A stretch of 64,000 nt of DNA, taken from positions 64,001-128,000 of the forward strand of contig CAVYYZ010000009.1 of NCBI GenBank assembly GCA_963772835.1, read 5' to 3'. Position numbers and translations under genes: made by a program. Positions within the stretch are counted from its first letter, which is position 1. Each line of letters begins with the position of its first letter. The DNA is from an uncultured delta proteobacterium (lineage in GTDB: Bacteria; Desulfobacterota; Desulfuromonadia; Geobacterales; Pseudopelobacteraceae). The notes beneath the pieces were generated by a model. That model was not told the DNA's origin. It did no database searches and saw nothing but the letters and a program-made list of their open reading frames with translations. Below are positions 17,096 to 28,355 of the stretch, piece after piece.

Positions 17096-18515
17096 TGGCG
17101 CTTTTTGTGAATATGCCGCCGCCATAGCTGTCAGCCCGGATGATATGGCGGCTGTTATGGACTCATACAACAGTTGTTCGGCACTTAATGATGATTTGTT
17201 CGTGAACGACTGGATCCGGCAAGCCCGTCGGAATGCGACCCTCCATTCCATGATTGTCCCGCTGGAAGGGGTGGATGGCTGGAAGTGTGATGACGCAAAC
17301 GGAAATATCTGCCACGAAAGCGGACGCTTTTTCAGCATAATCGGCGTTCGCGTGCGGCATCGTATTGACCGTGACGAAATCGAATGGGATCAGCCGATTA
17401 TTGAACAACCGGAGACCGGTATTCTCGGTATTCTGGCTAAAAAGATAAGCGGTGTTCTCCATTTTTGCCTGCAGGCAAAGGAAGAACCGGGCAACATCGG
17501 CAATATTCAACTTTCTCCGACGGTTCAGGCCACGTACAGCAATTACACGGGAGCCCATGGTGGATCAAGCCCGCAATTCCTCGAGCTGTTCGCCGGGGCT
17601 GGCAATGCAAGAAACCTTTTTGCACGGCTTCAGACGGAAGATGGCGGTCGGTTTCTGTACAAATCAAACCGGAATATGATCGTGGTTGCGACGAATGATT
17701 TCACGCAGGGACTGCCGGACGGCTTTATCTGGCTGACCCTGCGGCAAATTGCTCGTCTGATGAACAAGGACAACCTGATTAACGCCTGTACGCGAAGCAT
17801 CATGTCAAGCATGGTCTTTGCGTCGGAATGCGAGTGGAGAAATAAGCGGCAAACCTTGTTTTGTCACCAGGAACAAGGAATACGTGCCACACTCCAGTGG
17901 CTCGATGATCGCAGGGCAGCAAACCATATGCTGGCTCGGCGTATCGGCCTGAACGATCTGCAGGAATGGCGCATCGATGGCAAGGGTTTTTTCTCACACA
18001 GAGAAAAACGGTTTTTCAGAATAGTAGGGCTGCAGGTTTCTTCCGGGACTCGGGAAGTTCGAAGCTGGGGACAACCGATCATAGAAAACCCGGCCGCCGG
18101 GATCATCGGTCTGTTGATGAGGAACGGTATTCATGGCACTGAGCTATTGATGCAGGCCAAAGCCGAGATCGGCAACCGGAGTACCGTGCAGCTTGGCCCA
18201 ACGGTCCAGTTTACCCAGGGGAACTATGAGGGTAGCCGGAAACTGAAAAAACCGTTCCTGTTCGATGAATTTCTGGAGCCGGCAGAGTATCGCCTTGTTC
18301 ACGAAAGCAGCCAGACCGAGGAGGGTGCGCGCTTTTATCGGGAATATCATCTGCACCGGATCCTGATGCTACCGGATGGCATGACCATGGCGGCTCCACC
18401 CGATTATCGGTGGCTCCCGCTGGAGCAGGTCATGTTTCTGGTTCATCTGGGTGAGCAGGTCAACTCCTGTGCCCGGAGTGTTTTGTCATGCCTGCTCTGT
18501 CGGGAGGCTGCATGA
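17085..18515 (+). CDS. NDP-hexose 2,3-dehydratase (EvaA/TylX3-like)
   Basis: Two internal repeats: HESGRFFSIIG/HREKRFFRIVG, WDQPII/WGQPII, LQAKEEPGN/MQAKAEIGN, QLSPTVQAT/QLGPTVQFT, EDGGRF/EEGARFY. Confidence 0.9.
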   Translation: MASDGAFCEYAAAIAVSPDDMAAVMDSYNSCSALNDDLFVNDWIRQARRNATLHSMIVPLEGVDGWKCDDANGNICHESGRFFSIIGVRVRHRIDRDEIEWDQPIIEQPETGILGILAKKISGVLHFCLQAKEEPGNIGNIQLSPTVQATYSNYTGAHGGSSPQFLELFAGAGNARNLFARLQTEDGGRFLYKSNRNMIVVATNDFTQGLPDGFIWLTLRQIARLMNKDNLINACTRSIMSSMVFASECEWRNKRQTLFCHQEQGIRATLQWLDDRRAANHMLARRIGLNDLQEWRIDGKGFFSHREKRFFRIVGLQVSSGTREVRSWGQPIIENPAAGIIGLLMRNGIHGTELLMQAKAEIGNRSTVQLGPTVQFTQGNYEGSRKLKKPFLFDEFLEPAEYRLVHESSQTEEGARFYREYHLHRILMLPDGMTMAAPPDYRWLPLEQVMFLVHLGEQVNSCARSVLSCLLCREAA

Positions 18516-19486
18516 TCCGGGTCGGTGTCCTCGGTTATTCCGACATTGCCCGCCGCAAATTCATCCCCGCTCTACTGAAAAGCGAGCAAGCAGTTCTTGT
18601 TGCCTTGGCGAGCAGCCGGCCGGACAGGGCAGTTTCCCTGGCAGCCGGTTTGTCGGTGATGTTGATGACATATCAGGAGCTTGTCAGTGACCCTGCCATT
18701 GATCTGGTTTACATTTCACTCCCCAATCATCTTCATGAAGAATGGAGTATTCGTGCGCTGGAGCAGGGCAAACACGTAATCTGTGAAAAACCGCTTGGCC
18801 TGAGTGCTGCGTCAGTCAACCGCATGCTGAAAGCTGCCGACAGGCATGGCAGGCTCCTGTTTGAGAACCTCATGTACCTGCAGCACCCGCAGCACAAGGC
18901 GGTGAAAGCGCTCATCGCGGCAGGAACTATCGGGCGGGTTCTCTCCCTGCTGAGCGAATTTGCCTTTCCGGGGCCACCCGAAGGAGATTTCAGACATGAC
19001 CCGGCCATGGGCGGCGGAGCGTTCCATGATATGAATCGCTACCCGCTAAGCGCTGCCCAGTATTTTCTCGTAGGAAAGATGCACCGTTGCTTCCAGGGCA
19101 GTGCGGATATAGAGGACGGGCTTACCATGTCACTCCAAGCCGATTCCATTACAGAGGCGGGGGAAACGTTCTCGTTTCTGACCGCATTCGGCCTGCCGTA
19201 CCGATCATTCTACGAGATCAGCGGAGAGCAGGGTTTCATAAGGGTAGAGCGAGCCTACACCACTCCGGCAGAGATGGAGAGCAGAATCACAGTGATGGTA
19301 CAGGGCGGGGACGAGTCATTCAACGTGCCGCCAAGTGATCATTTTTTGGATACCATCGAGCACGTATGCGGATTGATACGGAGTGACCAGTGGAGAGCGG
19401 AACATCAGCAGTCGCAGAATCTGGCCTCACTAGCTGACATGTTTCATGACAACTGTATTCAGGAGAGACTGGAACATGACGCGTAA
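18512..19486 (+). CDS. Gfo/Idh/MocA oxidoreductase (NDP-hexose 3-ketoreductase-like)
   Basis: GVLGYSDIARR, YISLPNHLH, GKHVICEKP, GGGAFHDMNRYP. Confidence 0.85.
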   Translation: MIRVGVLGYSDIARRKFIPALLKSEQAVLVALASSRPDRAVSLAAGLSVMLMTYQELVSDPAIDLVYISLPNHLHEEWSIRALEQGKHVICEKPLGLSAASVNRMLKAADRHGRLLFENLMYLQHPQHKAVKALIAAGTIGRVLSLLSEFAFPGPPEGDFRHDPAMGGGAFHDMNRYPLSAAQYFLVGKMHRCFQGSADIEDGLTMSLQADSITEAGETFSFLTAFGLPYRSFYEISGEQGFIRVERAYTTPAEMESRITVMVQGGDESFNVPPSDHFLDTIEHVCGLIRSDQWRAEHQQSQNLASLADMFHDNCIQERLEHDA

Positions 19487-20600
19487 CAGATCGAAGATCA
19501 GATATTGGAACTATCTTGAGGATTACGCCGCGCACCGCGAAGAATATTTGCGGGCAGTTGACACCGTGTTCTCGTCCGGCCGCCTGATCCTGGGACAACA
19601 GGTTGCTTCCTTCGAGAATCGTTTCGCCGAGTATTGCGGGGCAGTATCTGCCATAGGGGTGAATTCCTGCACTGACGCTATTTTTCTCGCCCTTAAAGCA
19701 TTGGGCATCTGTCCGGGTGACGAGGTCGTTACGGTATCAAATACTGCAGTGCCTACCGTGGCCGCAATCAGGGCCACCGGCGCGGTGCCGGCGTTTGTGG
19801 ATGTGGAGGAGGACACCTTCCTGATGGATGTGTCATTATTCGACAGGGTCATAACCCGTCGTACACGCTGCATCCTGCCGGTGCATCTGACCGGACAGAT
19901 GGCAGACATGCTGCCGCTACTGGAGTTCGCCAACTGCTACGGTCTCTCCGTGGTTGAGGATTGCGCCCAGGCGTGCGGTGCCACCTATAACAGTCGCCAT
20001 GCCGGCAGTCTTGGTGATGCCGGAGCATTCTCCTTTTATCCTACCAAGGTACTGGGGGCTTTTGGCGATGGTGGTGCTGTGATTACAAACCGACCGGATC
20101 TCGCCCAGCGAGTGAAGCGGTTGCGGATGTATGGTATGGATAGTGCCTATTATGCCGAGGGGGAGGGGTATAACTCCCGGTTGGATGAAGTGCAGGCTGC
20201 CATCCTGAATCAGAAGCTGCCGGGTTTGGATGCGTCGATAGAGCAGCGGCGGCGTATCGCCCGCATCTATGACGACGGTCTGGCCGGAGTTGGCGATATT
20301 TCCCTCCCTGCTGTCCGGGAGGGGCGCAGTCACCAGTATTACCTCTACACCATAAGGACCGGACGACGGAACAAATTGATGAATTATCTGGCGGAGCAGG
20401 GGATAGAATCCAAGGTCAATTATCCCGACCCAATCCATCTGATGCGTGGATACCGTTTTCTGGGATACAACCACGGCAGCCTTCCTGTCACAGAACGGCT
20501 GGCAGAGACAATTCTCTCGTTGCCAATGTACCCGGAACTACCGCAAGAACATGCCGCGGACGTAGTTAAAGCCATCAGGCGCTTCTTTGCCGGAAAGTGA
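19476..20600 (+). CDS. DegT/DnrJ/EryC1/StrS aminotransferase (DnrJ/EvaB-like)
   Basis: YWNYLEDY...VDTVFSSGRLILG, VEDCAQA, FSFYPTKVLGAFGDGG (PLP Lys), GYNSRLDEVQAA. Confidence 0.92.
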   Translation: MTRNRSKIRYWNYLEDYAAHREEYLRAVDTVFSSGRLILGQQVASFENRFAEYCGAVSAIGVNSCTDAIFLALKALGICPGDEVVTVSNTAVPTVAAIRATGAVPAFVDVEEDTFLMDVSLFDRVITRRTRCILPVHLTGQMADMLPLLEFANCYGLSVVEDCAQACGATYNSRHAGSLGDAGAFSFYPTKVLGAFGDGGAVITNRPDLAQRVKRLRMYGMDSAYYAEGEGYNSRLDEVQAAILNQKLPGLDASIEQRRRIARIYDDGLAGVGDISLPAVREGRSHQYYLYTIRTGRRNKLMNYLAEQGIESKVNYPDPIHLMRGYRFLGYNHGSLPVTERLAETILSLPMYPELPQEHAADVVKAIRRFFAGK

Positions 20601-20606
20601 TCTGGA

Positions 20607-21365
20607 ATGAACCTGATTGAATACACCCGTATGTACGAAGTCGAAGACCGGCACTGGTGGTATGTCGGACTTCACCGACTGATCTTGGCAACCATCCGGC
20701 GAGAGTCACAGCGCCTTGAGAGGCCGCTCAGGATATTTGATGCCGGCTGTGGCACAGGCCGACTCTGTCAGCTTTTGGCGTCTCACGGACACAGTGTGAG
20801 TGGCTGCGACGTGTCGGAGGAGGCGTTACGACTGAGCCGCCTGCGAGGAAACTCGGAAACATTTCTGGCAGATTTGAATGCCATCACGCTTGAACCGGAG
20901 TCCTTTGACGTCATTACTTCTATTGATGTCCTTTATCACACGTGTGTTTCCGATGATGTTGCCGTCATGCGGCGTCTGCAGAGTGCTCTCAAGCCGGGTG
21001 GTTTGTTGATCCTGAATCTGGTTGCGTATGAATTTTTGCGCAGCACGCATGACATCGCGGTACATACACGGGAACGATATTCACGCCGCGTGCTCTGCAA
21101 TCGTTTAAGAACCGCCGGTTTCAATATTGTTACAGCAACGTACCGCGTAAGCCTCCTGTTCCCCTTCATTGCGGTGTTCCGGCTGTTGTCACGAAGGACC
21201 GTACGTCAAGATACTGACGTGGGTGATGTGGCTTCGGACGTAGCCTTGCCACATCGGGTGATTAACGTCCTGCTGGTGAAAATAATTGAATTGGAGAATT
21301 CGATTCTTAGAGTGACGCCGCTACCTTTTGGCAGTTCAGTATTCGTAGTAGCTCGTAAACAGTAA
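20607..21365 (+). CDS. Class I SAM-dependent methyltransferase
   Basis: EDRHWWY, FDAGCGTG, FDVITSIDVLYH, LKPGG. Confidence 0.88.
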   Translation: MNLIEYTRMYEVEDRHWWYVGLHRLILATIRRESQRLERPLRIFDAGCGTGRLCQLLASHGHSVSGCDVSEEALRLSRLRGNSETFLADLNAITLEPESFDVITSIDVLYHTCVSDDVAVMRRLQSALKPGGLLILNLVAYEFLRSTHDIAVHTRERYSRRVLCNRLRTAGFNIVTATYRVSLLFPFIAVFRLLSRRTVRQDTDVGDVASDVALPHRVINVLLVKIIELENSILRVTPLPFGSSVFVVARKQ

Positions 21366-21392
21366 AATTAGTATTAGTGACATGGTGAGGCC

Positions 21393-23360
21393 ATGAAAAG
21401 ACCACGAAAATATATGAAGACTCCTGCTATCGATGCCGATACCAGTCCCATTCAACCGTTACAGCCAGAGATTGACAACAGAAGTCTCTGGCAAGATCCT
21501 TTTGTACATATTCTGCTAATCCTTGCCGCTGGTTTTGTTGTTTATTTTAACTCCATTAATGTACCGTTTATTTTTGATGACCACACTTATCTGGTCAACA
21601 ACCCGGCAATCAAGAATTTCGACTGTTTTCCTGATACACAAAGGGTATTCGAATACGCCATTCATCAAGACATAAAAAACAATCTCATTCTTCGACCCGT
21701 CGCCTATTTCACCTTTGCCGTCAACTACGCACTCCATGGCTTAGGCCTGTTTGGGTATCACATTGTCAATCTGCTTCTCCATATCGGCTGCGGAATACTG
21801 GTATATTGCTTTTTTGCCCAACTGCTGACAACCCCGGCAATGGAATATGGACAAAAACCAGGTAATATCAGGGAAATGAATAATTCGCTCTACCTACCCT
21901 TGTTTGCAGCACTACTGTTCGTCTGCCATCCGATTCAGACCCAGGCGGTAACATATATCATTCAACGTTTTGTTCCGCTGGCCACATTTTTCTATCTTGC
22001 TGCGTTGGTTTTGTATCTTGAATTCCGCCGCGCAGAGACACAAAAATTACGAGTTTTGACATATACTCTCTCATTAATCGCTTCTGTCCTTGCCATGGAA
22101 TCGAAAGAAATTGCCTTTACGCTTCCGGTCATCATCGCTCTGGTTGAATTCATGTTCTTTAGCGGGAACATAGTATCGAGAGTAGCCCGGCTTATACCGT
22201 TTATTCTGACGATGGCAATAATACCCATCAAACTTATGCAACTGTCAGCACCGATAAGCCCCGAAAAAACTGAGAGCATCTCTGGTGCCATAAACCTGGT
22301 AAATTTTGGGAGCATATCGTCTTTCGATTATCTGATGACGCAGTTTGGTGTCATAATCACCTATTTACGACTCCTCTTTCTGCCGATCGGACAGAACTTT
22401 GATTACGATTACCCGTTACAAGTGAGCTTTTTTAAACTTGAGGTTTTGCTTCCGCTTGCCCTGCTTATCGTTATATTTGGGGCTGGCCTCTTTCTTCTGA
22501 ACCGCTCCAAAGAAAACCGGCTCTATAAAATCATAGCATTCGGAATATTCTGGTTTTTCATCACGTTGACTGTTGAATCAAGCATTGTACCGATTGAAGA
22601 CCTGATATTCGAGCACCGTATCTACTTGCCTTCCATCGGCTTTTTTATCTCTTTTCTTGCCAGTGTTGCCGTCATATTTAATCGTTTTGCCAGAAAACCA
22701 ATTGAAAAATCAAAGTTTGCAACCTTACTGCTTATTGGGATGGTAGCAGGTCTCACTTCTACTACTATTTCACGAAACATGGTCTGGCAGGATGAAGTAT
22801 CATTCTGGAATAACGTCGTAATGAAAAGCCCTAACAAGGCCAGGGGCTACGGTGGCTTGGGTGGTGCATTAATACAAAAGTCAAAATATGTTCCTGGTGA
22901 AAATGATAAAAATATGTTGGAAGATATAACATTGCTGAAAGTTGGGAGCGAAAAACAAATACATACTGCGATCTTAGCACTTAAAGATGCCATCAGGATT
23001 GCGCCAAAAAACGCCGTCAATCACCGAGCACTCGCGGAAGCTCTGATCCTTCAGAAAAACTACGATGAAGCGTTACTTTCATTAAAGATAGCATCCGAAC
23101 TGGAGCCTAATAGTGGGAAACCATATGTGATGCGTGGAGAGATCTACGAATCTAAAAAAGACTTCGCACGAGCCCGCCAAGAGTATAAAGAGGCTATCAG
23201 AATAGATCCATTCTACCATGTGTCGCATGTAAAGCTTGCAGGCGTTTACGCCAGAGAAGGGAACGTTCAGGACGCTACCAAGGAGTTAGAATTAGTCATG
23301 CGGATATTCCCTGACGAAGCTGTTCGCAAAAAGCTTGACCGTCTTAAAACGGGGAGATAG
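21393..23360 (+). CDS. TMTC-like GT-C membrane glycosyltransferase with C-terminal TPRs
   Basis: FIFDD, RPVAYFTFAVNY, GYHIVNLLLH, LFVCHPIQTQAV, SKE, EHRIYLPS, RNMVWQDEVSFW followed by TPR-like repeats. Confidence 0.8.
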   Translation: MKRPRKYMKTPAIDADTSPIQPLQPEIDNRSLWQDPFVHILLILAAGFVVYFNSINVPFIFDDHTYLVNNPAIKNFDCFPDTQRVFEYAIHQDIKNNLILRPVAYFTFAVNYALHGLGLFGYHIVNLLLHIGCGILVYCFFAQLLTTPAMEYGQKPGNIREMNNSLYLPLFAALLFVCHPIQTQAVTYIIQRFVPLATFFYLAALVLYLEFRRAETQKLRVLTYTLSLIASVLAMESKEIAFTLPVIIALVEFMFFSGNIVSRVARLIPFILTMAIIPIKLMQLSAPISPEKTESISGAINLVNFGSISSFDYLMTQFGVIITYLRLLFLPIGQNFDYDYPLQVSFFKLEVLLPLALLIVIFGAGLFLLNRSKENRLYKIIAFGIFWFFITLTVESSIVPIEDLIFEHRIYLPSIGFFISFLASVAVIFNRFARKPIEKSKFATLLLIGMVAGLTSTTISRNMVWQDEVSFWNNVVMKSPNKARGYGGLGGALIQKSKYVPGENDKNMLEDITLLKVGSEKQIHTAILALKDAIRIAPKNAVNHRALAEALILQKNYDEALLSLKIASELEPNSGKPYVMRGEIYESKKDFARARQEYKEAIRIDPFYHVSHVKLAGVYAREGNVQDATKELELVMRIFPDEAVRKKLDRLKTGR

Positions 23361-23413
23361 TGCATGTTGCCGACTCATCGCCCAACGATTCAGCTACGGG
23401 AGGAACCATTCAG

Positions 23414-23439
23414 GCCGGATCGGGCAACCGGCGTTTTTT
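23414..23439 (+). terminator. Possible weak terminator
   Basis: GCCGG...CCGGC followed by GTTTTTT. Confidence 0.35.
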
Positions 23440-23495
23440 GAATATGTTCAATATTCTGATACACTTATCAAACCCGGGTGGAGGAGAGCGATCAC

Positions 23496-25355
23496 ATGCA
23501 GAATGATTTCCCGTCATGGCAACACGAAATAGGTGCCACTTTACAGACAGACGGGAGTGTTCACTTTGCGGTCTGGGCTCCCAACGTTAAAAAGCTATCT
23601 GTTACATTTCCAGATACTGACCCACATCGTATTGAACTTCTGGAAAAAGACACTGCCGGTTATTTTAGCGGGACGCTTACGGGGATCACAGCAGGTACCC
23701 GCTATCTGTATCAACTGGATGACGGCAGCGAGCGCCCTGATCCGGCTTCCCGCTACCAGCCGGAGGGGGTGCATGGACCATCAGAAATTGTCGCCGCAGA
23801 TAGTCACCCATGGAACGATGGCGACTGGACCGGCAGACCACTGAATGAATATATCATCTACGAACTGCATGTGGGCACGTTTACGCCGGAGGGCACCTTT
23901 GACGGAGTGATCTCCCGTCTCGATTACCTGTGCGAACTCGGCATAACCGCCGTCGAACTGATGCCGGTTGCCCAGTTTCCCGGGGAACGCAACTGGGGTT
24001 ATGACGGTACCTACATCTTTGCTCCCCAGAACAGTTACGGCGGACCGGACGGCCTGAAACGGCTGGTCGATGCCTGTCATGCCAGGGGCCTGGTCGTGAT
24101 TCTGGATGTGGTCTACAACCACCTCGGGCCGGAAGGGAACTATCTGCACGGATATGGTCCCTACTTTACCGACCGATACCGCACCCCCTGGGGAGACGCG
24201 GTCAATTTCGACGGACCCGACAGTGATCCGGTCCGCCACTATTTCATCTCCAATGCCCTCTACTGGATAACCGCATTCCACATCGATGCCCTGCGACTTG
24301 ACGCCGTCCACGGAATCTACGATTTCAGCGCCCTGCACATTCTTCAGGAACTTTCCGAGGCCGTTCACCGACAGGGCACCGCGCTCGGACGCATGGTCCA
24401 CGTTATTGCCGAAAGCGATCTGAACGACGTACGTATGATCAAACCACCGGAGTCAGGAGGGTATGGAGTTGATGCCCAGTGGAACGACGATTTTCATCAT
24501 GCACTCCGTACCTTCCTGACCGGGGAAAAAGCAGGATATTACGGTGACTTCGGCACGTTTCCGGATCTGGTAAAATCCTTTCAGGAGGGGTTTGTTCTCT
24601 CCGGCGGTTATTCATCGTTCAGGAAACGGCGTCATGGCAGTTGTTCCGCAGAGGTTTCACCGGAGCAACTGGTAGTGTTTTCACAGAATCATGATCAGAT
24701 TGGCAACCGGATGCGTGGAGAACGACTGGGCGAACACCTTTCAGCGGAGCAGTTGATGCTCGCCGCTGCAACCGTACTTCTTTCCCCTTACATTCCGCTG
24801 CTCTTCATGGGAGAGGAGTACGCTGAAGCTGCGCCGTTCCCCTATTTCGTCAGCCATGGTGATGCTGCTCTGGTTGAGTCGGTCAGACGTGGTCGACGTG
24901 AAGAGTTTGCTGCTTTTGTGAGTCAGGGCGTTCCCCCGGATCCACAGGATGAGAGCACGTTCCTCTCGGCAGGAGTTGATCAGGAGCAGCGTCGTCACGG
25001 AAAACATAAAAGAATATTCGATTTCTACCGCGATCTGATCCGGCTTCGCAAAGAATTCGCACCACTTACCGGGGAGGGCAGAAAGAAAATACAGGTCGTG
25101 GCCAACAATGGGGAAGCGTTTCTGGCTGTCATCAGAAACGCCGGCCGCAGCCAACTGCTCTGCCTGTTCAACTTCAGCGACCAGAGCCGGGTGATCACTC
25201 CGCCTCTGGCACATGGCACACTGCGAATCCTGCTCGATTCAACCGGCTCATCTCCGCAAGGGAGCTGCATCACCGTCTTTCCCACACGTCCCAACACATT
25301 CCCGACGCTTGCCCCTTTCAGCGTCATTGTCTACATAACTGAAAGGAATAATTGA
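23496..25355 (+). CDS. treZ: Malto-oligosyltrehalose trehalohydrolase
   Basis: PDPASRYQPEGVHGPS, NWGYDG, LRLDAVH, IAESDLND, QNHDQIGNR. Confidence 0.95.
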   Translation: MQNDFPSWQHEIGATLQTDGSVHFAVWAPNVKKLSVTFPDTDPHRIELLEKDTAGYFSGTLTGITAGTRYLYQLDDGSERPDPASRYQPEGVHGPSEIVAADSHPWNDGDWTGRPLNEYIIYELHVGTFTPEGTFDGVISRLDYLCELGITAVELMPVAQFPGERNWGYDGTYIFAPQNSYGGPDGLKRLVDACHARGLVVILDVVYNHLGPEGNYLHGYGPYFTDRYRTPWGDAVNFDGPDSDPVRHYFISNALYWITAFHIDALRLDAVHGIYDFSALHILQELSEAVHRQGTALGRMVHVIAESDLNDVRMIKPPESGGYGVDAQWNDDFHHALRTFLTGEKAGYYGDFGTFPDLVKSFQEGFVLSGGYSSFRKRRHGSCSAEVSPEQLVVFSQNHDQIGNRMRGERLGEHLSAEQLMLAAATVLLSPYIPLLFMGEEYAEAAPFPYFVSHGDAALVESVRRGRREEFAAFVSQGVPPDPQDESTFLSAGVDQEQRRHGKHKRIFDFYRDLIRLRKEFAPLTGEGRKKIQVVANNGEAFLAVIRNAGRSQLLCLFNFSDQSRVITPPLAHGTLRILLDSTGSSPQGSCITVFPTRPNTFPTLAPFSVIVYITERNN

Positions 25356-28342
25356 TGAAAAAAGGGCTCAGAATACCGGCATCAACCTACCGGCTTCAGT
25401 TCAACGAACACTTCAAGTTCCGTGACGCCAGAGAAATAGTTTCGTATCTGCAGACCCTCGGCGTCAGCGATATCTACGCATCGCCCTACTTCAAGGCACA
25501 GGAGGGGAGTCTTCACGGCTACGACATACTGGACCAGAACTGCCTGAATCCGGAAGTCGGCACCGAAGTTGAGTACGAAGCACTGATCGATGAACTGTTG
25601 CGATGTAAAATGGGACATATCCTCGATATCGTCCCGAACCATATGTGCATCGAAGGGCCCGGCAATACCTACTGGATGGATGTGCTGGAAAACGGCCCTA
25701 GTTCTACCTATGCCGGTTTTTTTGATATCGACTGGCATCCTGCCAAAAAAGAGCTGGAGAACAAAATTCTGATCCCTATTTTGGGAGACCAGTACGGCTC
25801 GGTACTCGAAAACGGCGAACTGCAACTATCCTTTGAAGAGGGGTCCTTTTTTGTGTGCTACTACGATCACAAATTACCGGTCATACCCAAGACCTACAGT
25901 AATATCCTGACACTTGAAATAGCGACTCTTGAACATGAACTTACTGTCACAGCACCCCAGTTCCAGGAGCTTATGAGCGTTGTGACAGCGCTCAGGCATC
26001 TGCCGCCCGCAACTGAGAAAAATCCTGAAAGGATTACAGAGCGCTATCGCGAAAAAGAGGTTGTCAAGCGGCGGCTCTGGAGCCTTTATCAGAACAGCAG
26101 CGCAATCAGGGAGTTCATAGATACCAATGTGACGACCTTCAACGGGACACGGGGGGACCCTCGCAGTTTTGATCTGCTGGACTCACTTCTTCGGGAACAG
26201 GTCTATCGCATTTCCCACTGGCGGGTTGCAACCGAGGAGATCAACTACCGGAGATTCTTCGATATCAATTCCCTCGGGGCCATCAGAGTGGAGGATCCTG
26301 CCGTCTTCGAAGAGACGCACCGTCTTATTTTCAAACTGGTGGAAACAGGTAAGATTACCGGTTTGCGAATCGATCACGCCGATGGTTTACGTGACCCTGA
26401 AGATTATATCAGGCGCCTTCAATCAGGCTGTTTCTCACGGATGTATGCAGGAGCTATCGATACAGACAACTGTGAAGAGAACGTTGAAACAGCAGTGAGA
26501 GATAAATACGACAGAGTCGTGGGCGCAGACCCCTCCTACAAGCCGTTCTACATCATTGCGGAAAAAATCCTCCTCAAAGCCGAGAGGCTGCCGGACAGCT
26601 GGCTGGTGTTCAACACCACCGGGTACGATTTTGCCAATCAGGTTAACGGCCTGTTTGTGGACACCTCTAATGCAAAACTGTTTGATGCCCTGTATACCCG
26701 ATTTATCCAGCACCGCATTGACTTCCAGGACGCCGTCTACGAAAAGAAGAAACTCGTCATGCAGGTAACAATGTCGAGCGAAGTCAATACTCTGGGGTAC
26801 TACCTGAACAGAATATCCGAACAGAACAGACATACGCGCGATTTTACCCTTAACAGCCTGATCAAGTCGATCGTTGAAGTGATCGCATATTTCCCGGTGT
26901 ACCGGACGTACACCAACAGTTTTGAAGTTCTGGAGCGGGATTGTCAGTACATTGAGTCAACGATCGGCAGGGCGAAACGTCAGAACCCGGCGATCAGCAC
27001 ATCGATTTTTGATTTCATCCGTGATGTCCTTTTACTTCGTTTTCCGGACACCATTACTGACGAAAACAAGAACGCGTGGCTTGATTTTGTGATGCGGTTT
27101 CAGCAGATTACCAGCCCGGTCATGGCAAAGGGGGTCGAGGACACGGCATTCTATCTGTACAATAGGCTTGTTTCCCTGAACGAGGTGGGGGGAAGTCCGG
27201 AGCGGTTCGGTATCTCACTGGAAGCGTTTCATGGGCAGAATATTGAACGATGCAAAAGCAGACCGCTGGCCATGCTGGCCACTTCGACCCACGACACCAA
27301 GCGGAGCGAAGATGTCCGGGCACGGATATCCGTACTCTCTGAAATTCCCGAATTATGGCGGGAGGGTCTTTCCCGCTGGGGCCGACAGAACCGTAAACTG
27401 AAGATGATTGTCGACGGGAAACCTGCTCCGAGCCGCAATGAGGAGTATTTGCTTTACCAGACTCTGGTGGGAACCTGGCCCTTCAACAGCATTGAAGATG
27501 CCGGCTTCGCAGATTTTAGAACCCGGATGAAGGCGTACATGCTGAAAGCCATGCGGGAAGCCAAGGTACACACCAGCTGGATAAGCCCCAACACCCTGCG
27601 TGAGGATGCGGTGATGTATTTTATCGACTCGATCCTTAAAGACACCCCGAACAATATTTTTCTCCACGATTTTGCATCATTCCAACGCCTGACCTCTGCC
27701 TGCGGTGTCTTTAACTCTCTTTCCCAGACACTCCTCAAAATCACGTCTCCAGGGATTCCTGATTTCTACCAGGGGAACGAATTATGGGATTTCAGTCTGG
27801 TTGACCCTGATAACCGTCGTCAGATCGATTACCGCCTACGTACACGTCTGCTCGATGAACTTGTGCGAAAGGAATCTGCAGAAGGTGCCCTGACAACTGC
27901 ACGGGATGTGGTTGAAACACGAAACGACGGCCGCATAAAACTGTACCTGACGTATAAGGCGCTCAACTTTCGCCGCGAAAACCGTGATTTGTTCGAATCG
28001 GGAAGATACCTGCCGCTGGTTGTGGAAGGCCCCTGCCGGGAACATGTCTGCGCATTCGAACGCTCGGTCAACGGCAGGTCAGTCATGGTGGTGGTGCCTC
28101 GTTTTTGCTCCAGCCTGATTCAGGACAGCACCGGACTTCCGCTGGGAGGGGAAGTATGGCAGGACACCGTCATAATTCAACAGTTCGACATTGCAACAAG
28201 CCGCTACCGCAACGTTTTTACCGGTGAAGTCCTGGACCTCAATCAACAGGAAGGTCGTCTGAGCCTGGCTCTTCGGGACATACTCGCGGTGTATCCGGTT
28301 GCCCTGCTGGAGCGGCTGAACCGCAGCAGTGAAACTGTGTAA
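25355..28342 (+). CDS. treY: Malto-oligosyltrehalose synthase
   Basis: [53 protein letters not shown]. Confidence 0.95.
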   Translation: MKKGLRIPASTYRLQFNEHFKFRDAREIVSYLQTLGVSDIYASPYFKAQEGSLHGYDILDQNCLNPEVGTEVEYEALIDELLRCKMGHILDIVPNHMCIEGPGNTYWMDVLENGPSSTYAGFFDIDWHPAKKELENKILIPILGDQYGSVLENGELQLSFEEGSFFVCYYDHKLPVIPKTYSNILTLEIATLEHELTVTAPQFQELMSVVTALRHLPPATEKNPERITERYREKEVVKRRLWSLYQNSSAIREFIDTNVTTFNGTRGDPRSFDLLDSLLREQVYRISHWRVATEEINYRRFFDINSLGAIRVEDPAVFEETHRLIFKLVETGKITGLRIDHADGLRDPEDYIRRLQSGCFSRMYAGAIDTDNCEENVETAVRDKYDRVVGADPSYKPFYIIAEKILLKAERLPDSWLVFNTTGYDFANQVNGLFVDTSNAKLFDALYTRFIQHRIDFQDAVYEKKKLVMQVTMSSEVNTLGYYLNRISEQNRHTRDFTLNSLIKSIVEVIAYFPVYRTYTNSFEVLERDCQYIESTIGRAKRQNPAISTSIFDFIRDVLLLRFPDTITDENKNAWLDFVMRFQQITSPVMAKGVEDTAFYLYNRLVSLNEVGGSPERFGISLEAFHGQNIERCKSRPLAMLATSTHDTKRSEDVRARISVLSEIPELWREGLSRWGRQNRKLKMIVDGKPAPSRNEEYLLYQTLVGTWPFNSIEDAGFADFRTRMKAYMLKAMREAKVHTSWISPNTLREDAVMYFIDSILKDTPNNIFLHDFASFQRLTSACGVFNSLSQTLLKITSPGIPDFYQGNELWDFSLVDPDNRRQIDYRLRTRLLDELVRKESAEGALTTARDVVETRNDGRIKLYLTYKALNFRRENRDLFESGRYLPLVVEGPCREHVCAFERSVNGRSVMVVVPRFCSSLIQDSTGLPLGGEVWQDTVIIQQFDIATSRYRNVFTGEVLDLNQQEGRLSLALRDILAVYPVALLERLNRSSETV

Positions 28343-28355
28343 AGGAGTTATATTC

